A stretch of DNA of 64,000 nucleotides from Dehalococcoidia bacterium. GTDB taxonomy: Bacteria > Chloroflexota > Dehalococcoidia > SM23-28-2 > RBG-16-64-32. The position numbers and the translations under genes were made by a program. Shown here in pieces: positions 9,921-19,983 of this stretch; positions within the stretch are counted from its first letter, which is position 1; each line of letters starts with the position of its first letter. The notes under the pieces are model-generated. The model was not told where the DNA came from. It was given only the letters and a program-made list of their open reading frames with translations, and did not search any database. The DNA is taken from assembly GCA_963665775.2 (NCBI GenBank), contig CAXXTF010000002.1, positions 1,184,001-1,248,000 on the forward strand, read 5' to 3'.

Positions 9921-11123
9921 CTACTCGACAGTTCCGCGCCCTCTGAGCTCCGCGATCTTCTCCTTGGAATAGCCGATTTCGTCCAGAACCTCATCGGTAT
10001 GCTCGCCCCTGGCTGGCGTCGGACGGTTCACGACGAAGGGGTCGCCCTGCACCTTGATGGCGCTGGCCAATGTCTTGAGCGTTCCCACTCCCGGCTGCTC
10101 CTGTTCCACGATCATCTCTCTGGCGGTGTACAGCTCGGTATTCGCCACGTCTGTCAGCGGCTGGTAAGGCGCGCCGGCGATGTTGTGCTCTATGAAGAGC
10201 TTGGTCCACTCTTTCTGCGTCTTCGTGGCGAACAGGTTGATCAGCTCCTGCCTCAGCTCCATGTCGCCGCCAGCTGAATCCATGCGGCTCACGCTCCAGT
10301 CGCCTCGAGTGGCCAAGTCCGGCCGATCCACGACCTCGCAGAAGTGCACCCAGAAGTGCTGCTCGATGGCCTGGATAAGCATGAAGCGGTCATCCTTGGT
10401 CTTGTAGTAGCAGTATTTTACGGCCAGTTCCTCGGAATCGTCAGGGTTTGTCCACCCCTCTGCCTCACCGTTGAGGGTGCCCAGTATCTCTTGACCGAGC
10501 GCCATGAGGGTGGCGTCGGCGCAGGAGATGTCCAGATAGGCGCCTTTCCCGGTGCGCTCCTTCTGCAGCAGGGCGGCACAGATGGCCATGGCGGACAGCC
10601 ACGATCCGTAGGTGAGGCCGTGGGGGTAGGGCCTGAATTGGACGTAGCTTCCGTCCTTCACCTGGTAGGGGACCGCCAGACCGGCGACCGCATCATAGGC
10701 GCCGCCATGAGTGGCCAGCGAGGCGAAGGGGCCCGTCTGTCCAAAGCCGGTGATGGAGCAGTAGACGATGTTGGGGTTGATAGCGCGTAGGTGCTCGTAG
10801 CCCAGACCCAGCTTGGCGGAGGCACCCGGGCGGGACCCTTCCAAGGCCACATCGCAGGTCTTGGCCAGGTCGTAAATAACCTTTTGCCCCTCGCTCGACT
10901 TGAAATTGACGACGATATCGCGCTTGTTGCGGTTGAGCCAGAGGAATAGCGGCATCGAGCCGCCCCACTTCTCGGGTTCCCGGCCGATCCGCAGGTAGTC
11001 GCCCACCGACTGCTCCTCGAGTTTGATAACGTCCGCCCCCATATCGCCCAGGAGCATCGCTACGTAGGGGCCCGGGATGAGGCGGGACATGTCCAGAACC
11101 TTGATCCCATCCAGCAGCTTCAT
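9921..11123 (-). CDS. Family III CoA-transferase / AMACR-like protein
   Basis: DMSRLIPGPY, LGDMGADVIKLE, NRNKR, YCSITGFGQTGP. Confidence 0.88.
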   Translation of the reverse strand: MKLLDGIKVLDMSRLIPGPYVAMLLGDMGADVIKLEEQSVGDYLRIGREPEKWGGSMPLFLWLNRNKRDIVVNFKSSEGQKVIYDLAKTCDVALEGSRPGASAKLGLGYEHLRAINPNIVYCSITGFGQTGPFASLATHGGAYDAVAGLAVPYQVKDGSYVQFRPYPHGLTYGSWLSAMAICAALLQKERTGKGAYLDISCADATLMALGQEILGTLNGEAEGWTNPDDSEELAVKYCYYKTKDDRFMLIQAIEQHFWVHFCEVVDRPDLATRGDWSVSRMDSAGGDMELRQELINLFATKTQKEWTKLFIEHNIAGAPYQPLTDVANTELYTAREMIVEQEQPGVGTLKTLASAIKVQGDPFVVNRPTPARGEHTDEVLDEIGYSKEKIAELRGRGTVE

Positions 11124-11240
11124 GATGACCTCCTTCTGTATGTCTACGCTTACCGGTCAAGACTTGCGGGCAGCCGTGGCGGCGCTGCCACCCGATAGAT
11201 AACGGGCGCACGTTGCGGCACCACCGACGAGCGCTCCCCC

Positions 11241-13667
11241 TCAGGACGCTTTCGCTGCCCCCTCTTCGATAAGATCGAGAACCTCTTGGGCGGAACGACC
11301 TAGATCTTCCTCAAGCACCTTCTTCGTGGCTTCGGCGTGCAGCGAAGAGCCTTTGAGCCAATCGGGCGGCCCATCGACATGGACTATCGCCCCATGCCTG
11401 ATGTACCTTCCGGTGGTGTCCTCCACCCACACCGCGTAGCCGTTATCGATCATGTGCTGATCCCGCGTGGCGAACACGGCCACCGGCGGGCCATCGGCAC
11501 GAACGCAGGGCACCGCGCTCTTCATCATCAGTTGCTCCCACTGGTCCGCATCCTTCTTGGCAAAGACTGCCTCCAGAAGAGCGCCCAGCTCCGCGGCGTG
11601 GCGGATACGGCCGCTGGCCGTCGCGAAGCTCTCCACGGCCAGAACCTCCTCTCCGGTCACCGCGCAGAAACGTCGCCACTCGTCGTCAGTCTTGCAGACG
11701 AGCAACACCCACGTCCCCGACCCGGCCTCATAGATCCGATAGGTGGGGCCAACGCCGAAGTAGTTTGGGTCCACCCTCTCAACTTCAGACGACATGCCGT
11801 CCCTGATCATCATCTCTTCCACGTTCACATACATGTTGGACCGCAGCATCATCGTCGTCATCTCCTGGCCCATACCGCTGACGTCACGGAAGAAGATTCC
11901 GGCGCAGAGGGCGGTGCCGACTGACAGGGCAGACGCGGGGTCTGCAAACCCCCAGTTGGCCATCCCTGCCCGTCGGGAGATCTCCAGGAGATCATCCATC
12001 TCCAGCTTACGGGTCGTGGCCGGGTCTGTCGGCAGATAACCGGCGCCCTGCCGCCAGGCGCTGCCGCATACAGCCCCCGGCATAGGGTCAAAGGCCGGTT
12101 TTCTGGAGAAGGGCCCGTCAGTCCCGTAGGCCGTCGCGTTGAGGTAGATCAGCTGTGGGTTGATGGCAGACAGGGTGTCGTAGTCGACTCCGAGCCGCTT
12201 CGTCACCCCCGGCCGGAAATTGTGCATGAACACGTCGGCCTGCCGTACCAGATCGTACAGAATCTCTCGACACCGCGGATGCTTCATATCCAGGGCGACA
12301 CTCTCCTTGCCCTGAGTAGTCTTCGACGCCCCGTCCCCGAACGGCTGCTCCGCCTCCAGGGAATCGACCCTGATAACTCGCGCCCCCAGATCGGCGAGAA
12401 GGGTGGTGCCGAACGGCGCCGCATAGTACCGGGCCATCTCAATGACCGTGATGCCGGAGAGCGGCCCCTTCCTGGCACCGTCGCCGCCGCCGCTCGTCTT
12501 GCCCGCCTTTGACTTGGCCTTCCACGGGATATCGCCGCTTCCGGCCCCCAACTGCGCAGCCTGGAAGCGAGGGGCGGCTGGCGTAGCGTGGGCAACGAAC
12601 GCCGGCGCCAACTGCAACACTTTGCCGTAGACCGGGTCCGTGACCTCGATGAAATCCCCATTGTGCCGCACCTGGGGGTGCTCCGTTGCCCAGGCCGGCG
12701 AACGGAAGTGTTCCGCCGTCACGTCGTCATTGGGGAGCAGAATCTCCATCCATTCGGCCAACGTCTTCTCCCGCAGCCGCTCCATGATGATCCTCCAGAC
12801 CTCCATGTGCATCTCTGGAGGAACGTTGGGCAGGCTCATGAACCGCTCCTCCAGGAAGAGCGACTCCAGACCGATGGCTTCCATGAACCGGTAAAACAGG
12901 TGGGCGCCCATCTGTGTGAACTGTAGCCATTGACCGTCGGCAGTAGCGCCAACGATGTACGATAGGGCCCCCCCTCGTTGCCGTCGCCCATCGGCGGTTG
13001 AGGTTTGGAAAAACTGCTCTCCTCGTATCTGGGCATCCTTCCAGCCGAAGAGATCGTAGGCCGCCAAGCCCTGCACGAGCGAGGCCTCGACGTGGTGTCC
13101 GCGCCCGCTCTGTTTGCGTTCATGGAGGGCCGCGAATATGCCTTGAAGCGCCCCTTGACTGGCCGCGAAGCCGGCGACCGGGAGTGCGGGGAAGACCGGC
13201 CCGCTCCTTTCCGCCTGTCCAATGTAAAAGGAGCCCCGCCCGGACTTCATGGTGACGATCTGCTCATAGTCCCCGTAGTTGGCGTAGGGCCCCTTAGGAC
13301 CGAAGCCCGAAATGGAACAATAGATGACATCGGGCCGCAGGGAGCTGACGCGGGCGTAGTCCACCCCCATCTGCTGAGCGGCATCCTTCGGCAGCGACAC
13401 CATCACTATGTCGGCGCCAAGGCAGAGCTCTCCCACCCTCTCCCGATCTGCCTCCACCGCCGGGTCCGCGACGACGCTGCTCTTCCCGCGGCTCGTCATG
13501 ACGAAGCTAGCGGACCGCCTCCCGGGGTCGCCACCCGGCGGCTCCACCTTGACCACCTCGGCACCAAAGTCGGAGAGGACCATCCCAGCCAGGGAGATGG
13601 CCAGCCCGGAGCCGATCTCAAGTACGTTGAGCCCCGTCAGCGGCGGGGGTGATGAACGCTCTGTCAT
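11241..13667 (-). CDS. Two-domain family III (CaiB/BaiF) CoA-transferase
   Basis: LSDFGAEVVKVEPPGGDP and LADLGARVIRV..HNFRPG modules. Confidence 0.88.
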   Translation of the reverse strand: MTERSSPPPLTGLNVLEIGSGLAISLAGMVLSDFGAEVVKVEPPGGDPGRRSASFVMTSRGKSSVVADPAVEADRERVGELCLGADIVMVSLPKDAAQQMGVDYARVSSLRPDVIYCSISGFGPKGPYANYGDYEQIVTMKSGRGSFYIGQAERSGPVFPALPVAGFAASQGALQGIFAALHERKQSGRGHHVEASLVQGLAAYDLFGWKDAQIRGEQFFQTSTADGRRQRGGALSYIVGATADGQWLQFTQMGAHLFYRFMEAIGLESLFLEERFMSLPNVPPEMHMEVWRIIMERLREKTLAEWMEILLPNDDVTAEHFRSPAWATEHPQVRHNGDFIEVTDPVYGKVLQLAPAFVAHATPAAPRFQAAQLGAGSGDIPWKAKSKAGKTSGGGDGARKGPLSGITVIEMARYYAAPFGTTLLADLGARVIRVDSLEAEQPFGDGASKTTQGKESVALDMKHPRCREILYDLVRQADVFMHNFRPGVTKRLGVDYDTLSAINPQLIYLNATAYGTDGPFSRKPAFDPMPGAVCGSAWRQGAGYLPTDPATTRKLEMDDLLEISRRAGMANWGFADPASALSVGTALCAGIFFRDVSGMGQEMTTMMLRSNMYVNVEEMMIRDGMSSEVERVDPNYFGVGPTYRIYEAGSGTWVLLVCKTDDEWRRFCAVTGEEVLAVESFATASGRIRHAAELGALLEAVFAKKDADQWEQLMMKSAVPCVRADGPPVAVFATRDQHMIDNGYAVWVEDTTGRYIRHGAIVHVDGPPDWLKGSSLHAEATKKVLEEDLGRSAQEVLDLIEEGAAKAS

Positions 13668-13725
13668 GCTGCTTGGTCACCTCTCTGAAAGCGAGCGACG
13701 GGTCCGTCCCTCCCGATATCCAGCC

Positions 13726-14142
13726 CTACTGCACAACCTTGAACTTGGGGATGGTGAGATCGGGAAGCACGTCCTCGTAGTATATCTCCACCTTCTGCCC
13801 GATCCGCACCTCGGCGGGATCGATGCCCGTGATATTGCTCATCATCTGTGGCCCTTCGTCCAAGGTAACGTACCCCACAGCATAGGGCACCTCGTCCGCG
13901 AAACCCGGCGCCCGGTTCTGATAGACGATAGAGAAGGTGTGGACGATACCCTTACCACTCATCTCCGTCCAGGTCACCTCCGTGTCAAAGCAGAAGGGGC
14001 AGAAAGGCCGCGGCGGGAACGCCACCTTATCGCACTTGTTGCACTTGGTGAGCGAAAGCTTATGCTCTCGCAAAGCCTCCCAGTAGTTAGCTGTATCGAA
14101 GCTGACTCTCGGCTGCGGCTTAAGATACTCGGCGGTCGTCAT
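13726..14142 (-). CDS. DUF35 Zn-ribbon/OB-fold protein (thiolase partner)
   Basis: CNKC..FPPRPFCPFC, PYAVGYVTLDEGP. Confidence 0.9.
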   Translation of the reverse strand: MTTAEYLKPQPRVSFDTANYWEALREHKLSLTKCNKCDKVAFPPRPFCPFCFDTEVTWTEMSGKGIVHTFSIVYQNRAPGFADEVPYAVGYVTLDEGPQMMSNITGIDPAEVRIGQKVEIYYEDVLPDLTIPKFKVVQ

Positions 14143-14269
14143 AGCGCGTCCTCCTTTGCGGGCTCATTATGAGTTCGGCGTTCCTTCATCTCTCGATATG
14201 CTTTCGAATCACTTTGTTGATCGTCGGCTCACCCTCTCTCGACTGTAGACACTATACGAAGCGGTTTCA

Positions 14270-15466
14270 CTAGTCCTTGGCCAGAATAACGGTGGCCCCG
14301 CTGTGTTGGACGCCGAGACTGCCACCGGTGCCGTGGCACACAGCTATCTTGCAGTCCTTGACCTGGCTCTTCCCCTGGTTGCCCCGCAGCTGCCGGGTGG
14401 CCTCGATGAGGAGAAACATCCCCCGCGCACCCGGGTGGTTAGAGGAGAGCCCGCCACCGTCGGTGTTTAGGGGAAAGTCCCCATCGAACCGCATGTTCTT
14501 GCTGGCCACGAAGGGGCCACCCTCACCGATCTCGCAGAACCCCAGCCCCTCCAGCGTGGTCAGGACCGTGATCGTGTACGAGTCGTAGAGCATGCACAGG
14601 TCGATCTCGTCATGCGTAACCCCGGCGTCGGCGAAGGCCCGCGGTCCAGACCGCGCCGCGGCGATCCGCCCGTAGTCCCGATAGCCGGCGCTGCGGTGCT
14701 CCACCGCCATCGCTCCCCCCAGAAGCCACACAGGCCGCTGCTTGCAGCCCCGCGCCACCTCCGGGCTGGCCACTACTACGGCCCCACCGCCATCGGTGAT
14801 CACGCAGCACTCCAGCAGGTGCAGCGGCGAGCAGATCATGCGGGAGTCCACCACCTCCTCCACCGTGATCGGGGCCTGGTACTTCGCCTCCGGGTTGAAG
14901 GAGGCGTTGTATCGGGTAGCCACGGAGATCTCCGCCAGCTGCTCGCTGGTCGTACCGTACTCGTACATGTGGCGCTGTGCCACCTGGGCGTAGCTGGCCA
15001 CCCCGACGAGCCCGTACGGCGAGTCGAAGGCGGCAGTATACCAGGGCACCCGTGGGGCAGCCCTGGGAACAGAGGTACTTGGCCGCCTCGTCCCGCCGGT
15101 GCCACCACCCCAGCCCCGACTGATGGAGAGCTGCGAGTAAGTGATGAGCGCTACGTTCATCAGGCCGGCGTTGATGAGAGCCGCGGCCTCCAGCACATTC
15201 ATGAGAAACGTGGCGCCACCAATGTTAGTATCGCCAACGAACTTGGGGTTGATGTTCAGGTAATCGCACATAGTCATGGCGCTATTGCTCTCCACCGGAG
15301 CGGTCACACCATAGTAGCCATCCACGTCCGCAAGCGTCAGGCCGGCGTCGTCCAGGGCCGCCCTGGCGCACTCCGACTCCAATCGCGGCTCCGTGTAGCC
15401 CGGAATGACCCGCGATGGAAATTCGTGGGCGCCAACGATGGCCGCCTTCTTAGCAAGGGAACCCAT
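14270..15466 (-). CDS. SCP2/Ltp2-type thiolase-fold protein
   Basis: AQRHMYEYGTTSEQLA, ECCVITDGG, LYDSYT, NTDGGGLSSNHPG, EATRQLRG. Confidence 0.88.
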   Translation of the reverse strand: MGSLAKKAAIVGAHEFPSRVIPGYTEPRLESECARAALDDAGLTLADVDGYYGVTAPVESNSAMTMCDYLNINPKFVGDTNIGGATFLMNVLEAAALINAGLMNVALITYSQLSISRGWGGGTGGTRRPSTSVPRAAPRVPWYTAAFDSPYGLVGVASYAQVAQRHMYEYGTTSEQLAEISVATRYNASFNPEAKYQAPITVEEVVDSRMICSPLHLLECCVITDGGGAVVVASPEVARGCKQRPVWLLGGAMAVEHRSAGYRDYGRIAAARSGPRAFADAGVTHDEIDLCMLYDSYTITVLTTLEGLGFCEIGEGGPFVASKNMRFDGDFPLNTDGGGLSSNHPGARGMFLLIEATRQLRGNQGKSQVKDCKIAVCHGTGGSLGVQHSGATVILAKD

Positions 15467-15516
15467 TCAAGCCTCCTTCTTACCTCTGCTCATGCCCTCT
15501 CAGATAGAACCGGGGC

Positions 15517-16194
15517 TTAGACAGCCGGACTGAGGTTCGGACTGACCGTCAGGGGCGTCCCCGTGAGAGCTTGTATCTCCTCGAACGTATATCCCGGCGC
15601 GTGCTGCTGCAACTCGAACCCTGCGTCTGTCTTGGCGAGCACGGCGAGATCGGTCACCACCAACTTCACCACATTGAGCGCCGTGACGGGCAGCGAGCAG
15701 CGTTCCACGAGCCGCGGGCTGCCATCGGAAGTGGTGTGCTCCATCATGATGAATACCCGCTTCGAGCACTGGGCCAGATCCATGGCCCCGCCCAGAGTGT
15801 TCCCCAGACCAGTGGGCAGGTCCAGAGATATCTTCCAGTTAGCGAACGAGCCGCCGGCATCCACCTCATAGGCGCCAAGTATGACACAGTCGATGAGCCC
15901 CTTGCGGATCATGGCGAAGGAGTCAGCATGGTGCATGACCACCGCCCCGGGCAGCAGCGTCACGTAGTCTCCGGTAGCGTTCGTGACATCCATGTCCTCT
16001 TGCTCGACACCAGCCACGGGGCCATAGCCCAGAAGACCGTGCTCAGCGTGCAGGGCGATGCCCATCTCCGGGTAGATGAAGTTCGAGACGAAGGACGGCA
16101 TGCCGAAACCGAGGTTCACGATCCATCCCGGCTCCAGGTGTTGGGCAACGATCGCCGCCATCTGATCCCGCGTCATCCGTTCCTTGTCACTCAC
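15517..16194 (-). CDS. 3-oxoacid CoA-transferase subunit B
   Basis: VNLGFGMP, AEHG (SENG-type catalytic Glu), GGAMDL, VVTDLAV. Confidence 0.9.
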   Translation of the reverse strand: MSDKERMTRDQMAAIVAQHLEPGWIVNLGFGMPSFVSNFIYPEMGIALHAEHGLLGYGPVAGVEQEDMDVTNATGDYVTLLPGAVVMHHADSFAMIRKGLIDCVILGAYEVDAGGSFANWKISLDLPTGLGNTLGGAMDLAQCSKRVFIMMEHTTSDGSPRLVERCSLPVTALNVVKLVVTDLAVLAKTDAGFELQQHAPGYTFEEIQALTGTPLTVSPNLSPAV

Positions 16195-16237
16195 CGTTTG
16201 CTCCTTCTGGGACGCCTCTCGATGTCAGTTATTAGCC

Positions 16238-17032
16238 CTAATCTTGCTTTTTGTCTTCGGAGCCTGCCTGCGCCACCTGAGCCAATCGCCGCTCGGAGAA
16301 CAGCCTCTCCCTCCACTCCCTGATATTGAGGCGCACAATGCCATCGGCCGGCACCTGCACCAACCGCTGCACCCAGGCGCCAGGGGTATGTATGAGGTCA
16401 GGGTCCAGCTCCCCGGCCGGGACTATGGGCTCCTCTACCTCGACGATAGCGCAATCGGCCGCCATCGCCATGATCGGGTTGAAGTTCCGCGACGAGCGAC
16501 GAAAGATCAGGTTGCCCATCGTATCCGCCTTCCAGGCGCGAACGAGCGCGTAGTCAGCGGGGAGCGCGTGCTCCATGATGTAGCCGCGCCCGTCGAACTC
16601 TCGGTACTCCTTGCCGTGGGCGATCTCCGTGCCGACCCCGGTCGGCGTAAAGAAGGCGGGGATCTGCGCGCCCGCTGCCCGGATGCGCTCGGCCAGGGTG
16701 CCCTGAGGCAACATCTCCACCTGCACCTTCCCCTCTCGGAACAGCTTCTCCAGGGGGGTCTGGTACGAGGGGTGGCCACTGCCGAGGCCTACGCCGACGA
16801 ACTTGGCGACCCGGCCCTGGTCATAAAAGTGAATGAAGTCTATGGGCCCCCTCCTGCCGAAGGTCGCCCCCGCGTTGGAAATGAATGTGAGCCCAGTAGC
16901 CGTCTGGCGGTTAAGCGCCGCCATAAGGTTGAACGGGTAGCCCGAGGGGCCAAACCCAGCGACCATGATGACCGCACCATCCGGGATGTCCGCGACAACC
17001 TCGTCGATACTTGAGTAGACGTTCGCCTGCAT
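16238..17032 (-). CDS. 3-oxoacid CoA-transferase subunit A
   Basis: PQGTLAERIRAAG, FFTPTGVGT, KADTMGNL, RNFNP; GAGGAGG before ATG 17032. Confidence 0.9.
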   Translation of the reverse strand: MQANVYSSIDEVVADIPDGAVIMVAGFGPSGYPFNLMAALNRQTATGLTFISNAGATFGRRGPIDFIHFYDQGRVAKFVGVGLGSGHPSYQTPLEKLFREGKVQVEMLPQGTLAERIRAAGAQIPAFFTPTGVGTEIAHGKEYREFDGRGYIMEHALPADYALVRAWKADTMGNLIFRRSSRNFNPIMAMAADCAIVEVEEPIVPAGELDPDLIHTPGAWVQRLVQVPADGIVRLNIREWRERLFSERRLAQVAQAGSEDKKQD

Positions 17033-17223
17033 AATCCTCCTCGCCAAAACGGGCTAGCTTACCCTACCCCGGACCACCGGAAACGTAAGGCCGCAGCGGC
17101 AACCGCTCAGCGCAGGGATACCTCAGCATCTCCGCGGGGGACAGGGCGGAAGTCAACTGTTAGGCCACGCATGATTTCCTTGGCGGCGGCCCGTATTCGC
17201 GTTCCGGGCCGCAAGCGGCTACG

Positions 17224-17258
17224 AATGTACCATTCGCCCAGAGAAGCTGTCAAGACAG
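17224..17258 (-). promoter_or_regulatory. Sigma70-type promoter for the CoA-transferase/thiolase operon, with a palindrome over the -35
   Basis: Minus strand TTGACA-N18-TACATT with TG extension; CTGTC-AA-GACAG at 17247-17258. Confidence 0.55.
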
Positions 17259-17457
17259 TTTGCACGGTGGAGACCCCTACAGTCACGTAGAGGCCACGCG
17301 GACGGGCATATCCGGCCAGACGGAAGGGACGGACAGTACGCTCGGCCCGGCATTCATGGGAAGCGGAAGCCGCTTCGGCCAAAAGTGTCGTTCGTCGCCG
17401 TCTGTCGCCGCCTCGGTTTACCATCGTATCGCTCTACCTGTCATCCGTACCGGCCGG

Positions 17458-18591
17458 TCACATCCCCAACAGCTGCGCCAGTCGCCGACGGTGGTGGGTC
17501 GGGTCGCCCAGGTAATAGTACAGGGTGCGGGCCGACTTGGTGTACATGTAGAGCCCGTACTCCTTGACCAGGGCTATGGCGCCATGCGCCCGATGAGCCG
17601 AGTCGCAGGCTTTGTGGAAACCTTCGCTGCTAGCCGTCTTGGCCACGGCAGCGGCAACGGACACGGGCTGGCCGACGTCGATCTTCCAGAGAGCCTCGTA
17701 AGTCGTCCACCGGGCGGCGTCCACGCCGTTGACGCAATCGATCATGTGGTCCTGCACTCGCTGGAGCGTGCCGATGGGGGAGCCGAACTGCACCCTGGTC
17801 CGGGTGTACTCCAGAGAATGATCCAGGGCCCCCTGGCCGCCCCCAACCATGTAGGCGCACAGCACGACCGCCGCCTTCTCCAGCACCGGCGCCAGGGCGG
17901 CCCAACCCTTGTCCACGCTGCCCAAGACGTTCTCAGCGGCCACTTCTACCGATTCAAACTTCACCTCATTGAGTTTCGTACCCATCCAGCCGGACAGGGT
18001 GCGACACGATAGGCCCGGGGAGCCCTTATCGACCAGGAATAGGGTGATCCCCTCGGCCGGGTCATCGCTATCGCTGGTCCGAGCTACACATAGGATCTTG
18101 TCGGCGATGTGGGCGTCAGGGATGAACAGCTTGATGCCGTCCAGGACAAAGTGCCCGTCTCGCCTGCTGGCTCGCATCTGCACCGACTCCGGCTCCCAGC
18201 CGTAGTTGGGCTCCGTGAGGGCCACCGCTATGATCAGCTCACCGCGGGCGATAGCGGGCAGGAGCCGCCCCTTCTGCTCTGCCGTCCCTGCCTCTAGTAT
18301 GGTCAGGACGCCGAGAACCGCCGTCGAGTGGTGCGGGCTGGGTAGAAGGACTCTCCCCATCTCCTCATAGAGGACGCCCAGGTCGGTGAAGCTGCTGCCG
18401 CTGCCGCCGTACTCCTCCGGGATCATCATATCCACCCACCCCATCTCCACCATACGCCGCCACAGTCCAGGCTCGAACCCCGTTTCGCTCTCGTCCAGCT
18501 CGCGCACCCGCTCCTGGGAGCATTCCTGCTCCAGAAAGCTGTGGGCCGTGTTCTTGATCATCTCCTGTGCCTCAGTAAGCGAGAGGTCCAT
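17458..18591 (-). CDS. Acyl-CoA dehydrogenase family, probable non-catalytic subunit of a heteromeric pair
   Basis: ALTEP, LDGIKLFI, RVQFGSPIGTLQRVQ, HGAIA; no GGTxE motif. Confidence 0.88.
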   Translation of the reverse strand: MDLSLTEAQEMIKNTAHSFLEQECSQERVRELDESETGFEPGLWRRMVEMGWVDMMIPEEYGGSGSSFTDLGVLYEEMGRVLLPSPHHSTAVLGVLTILEAGTAEQKGRLLPAIARGELIIAVALTEPNYGWEPESVQMRASRRDGHFVLDGIKLFIPDAHIADKILCVARTSDSDDPAEGITLFLVDKGSPGLSCRTLSGWMGTKLNEVKFESVEVAAENVLGSVDKGWAALAPVLEKAAVVLCAYMVGGGQGALDHSLEYTRTRVQFGSPIGTLQRVQDHMIDCVNGVDAARWTTYEALWKIDVGQPVSVAAAVAKTASSEGFHKACDSAHRAHGAIALVKEYGLYMYTKSARTLYYYLGDPTHHRRRLAQLLGM

Positions 18592-18628
18592 CGTGCTTTC
18601 CCTTCTCAAGTAAAGTCAGGCTGTCTGG

Positions 18629-19825
18629 CTAGTAGGTGGCCGCTGCCCTCTGTGGGGGCTTGCCGGTTCCCAGACGGCGGGCCATGACCACCTTCTGCAC
18701 CTCCGGCGTGCCACCGCCGGGGAAGGCCAGGCTGTAACGCTGGTGATGCTCAAACTCACCGATCAGAGGAGCCCAGGTGGGGTCGTTCACCATGGCGTAG
18801 GGGCCCAGGATGTCAAGGATGGTCTTGGCCAACTCAACGCCGAACAGCTTGCCGTGGAGGGAGCTCTGGGGGCCTTCGTAGGCGCTGCTCTGGCGGGTGT
18901 GGCGCATCCAGTAGTTGCGGGCTCCCCAAAGGCGTCCTACCTCCGCTTTGATGTATAGGTCAACGAGTGTCTGCTGTATCCCCTCATTCTTGCTGAGAGG
19001 TTGGCCATCGCGTATCGTATTCTTGCAGTACTCGATGAGCTTGTGCACCATGTGATTGCGGCTAACTAGGGTGCCCCCACCGCCGTGCTCCACCTCCAGC
19101 GTACTCTGGGCTACCCGCCAGCCCTCATTTTCGGGCCCGATCCGGTTCGCCGCCGGGACCCTCACGTTGTCGAAGTAAAACTCGTTCTTGTGATGGGCGA
19201 TCATGTTCAGGGGAACCTTTGTGATGCCCGGGGTATCGGCATCGATCATGAAGGCGCTCATGTTGTTGTGGCGGGGAGCGTCGGGATCGGTAACGACGAG
19301 GGTGTAGAGCAGATCTACCGGGTACTTGGAACCGTTCCATATCTTCTGACCGTTCAGAACGTACTCATCGCCGTCCCGCACCGCCCTGGTCTTGATGGCG
19401 GCCAGGTCTGAGCCGGCGTCCGGCTCGCTGAACAGCTGGAAAACGGCGATCTCCGCCCGCATGATGGGCTGCAGCCACCGCTGCTTCTGCTCCTCCGTCC
19501 CCCACACCATAATCGCCGGCGCGCAGAGAGAGACGCCCAGGTCGTAGATCTGTGGTATCGGATGCTTGGCCAGCTCCTCGTCTATCACGGAAGCCTTATC
19601 CATGCTCAGGCCGCCGCCGCCGTACTCCTGGGGCCAGGTTGGCGCCCGCCACCCCTTCTCGCCCAGCTTGCTGCGAAACTCGCGAGCCCACTTGTACTGA
19701 TCGGGAGTCGGGTTGGTGGGGTCCACGAGGGGCTCCATATCCTCCGGTAAGTTGACCTTCAGCCACTCTTTTACCTCTTCGCGGAACGCCTCCTGCTCTC
19801 CCGTATAATGCAACTCAAAATCCAT
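18629..19825 (-). CDS. Acyl-CoA dehydrogenase family protein
   Basis: [30 protein letters not shown]; AAGGAGG before ATG 19825. Confidence 0.92.
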   Translation of the reverse strand: MDFELHYTGEQEAFREEVKEWLKVNLPEDMEPLVDPTNPTPDQYKWAREFRSKLGEKGWRAPTWPQEYGGGGLSMDKASVIDEELAKHPIPQIYDLGVSLCAPAIMVWGTEEQKQRWLQPIMRAEIAVFQLFSEPDAGSDLAAIKTRAVRDGDEYVLNGQKIWNGSKYPVDLLYTLVVTDPDAPRHNNMSAFMIDADTPGITKVPLNMIAHHKNEFYFDNVRVPAANRIGPENEGWRVAQSTLEVEHGGGGTLVSRNHMVHKLIEYCKNTIRDGQPLSKNEGIQQTLVDLYIKAEVGRLWGARNYWMRHTRQSSAYEGPQSSLHGKLFGVELAKTILDILGPYAMVNDPTWAPLIGEFEHHQRYSLAFPGGGTPEVQKVVMARRLGTGKPPQRAAATY

Positions 19826-19983
19826 CGTTACCTCCTTCGTCTTCGTCGGCAATCAGTATAGGGGCTGGGACGGCTTTTGCAAACAGGCGCATGCGGCTCC
19901 GGCTTTGCTCAGGCAAGGTATCTGGGGGCAGCGCAGACCATGTTTCAATGCCGTTCCCCCTCTGGTATACTCATCCTGACCCC

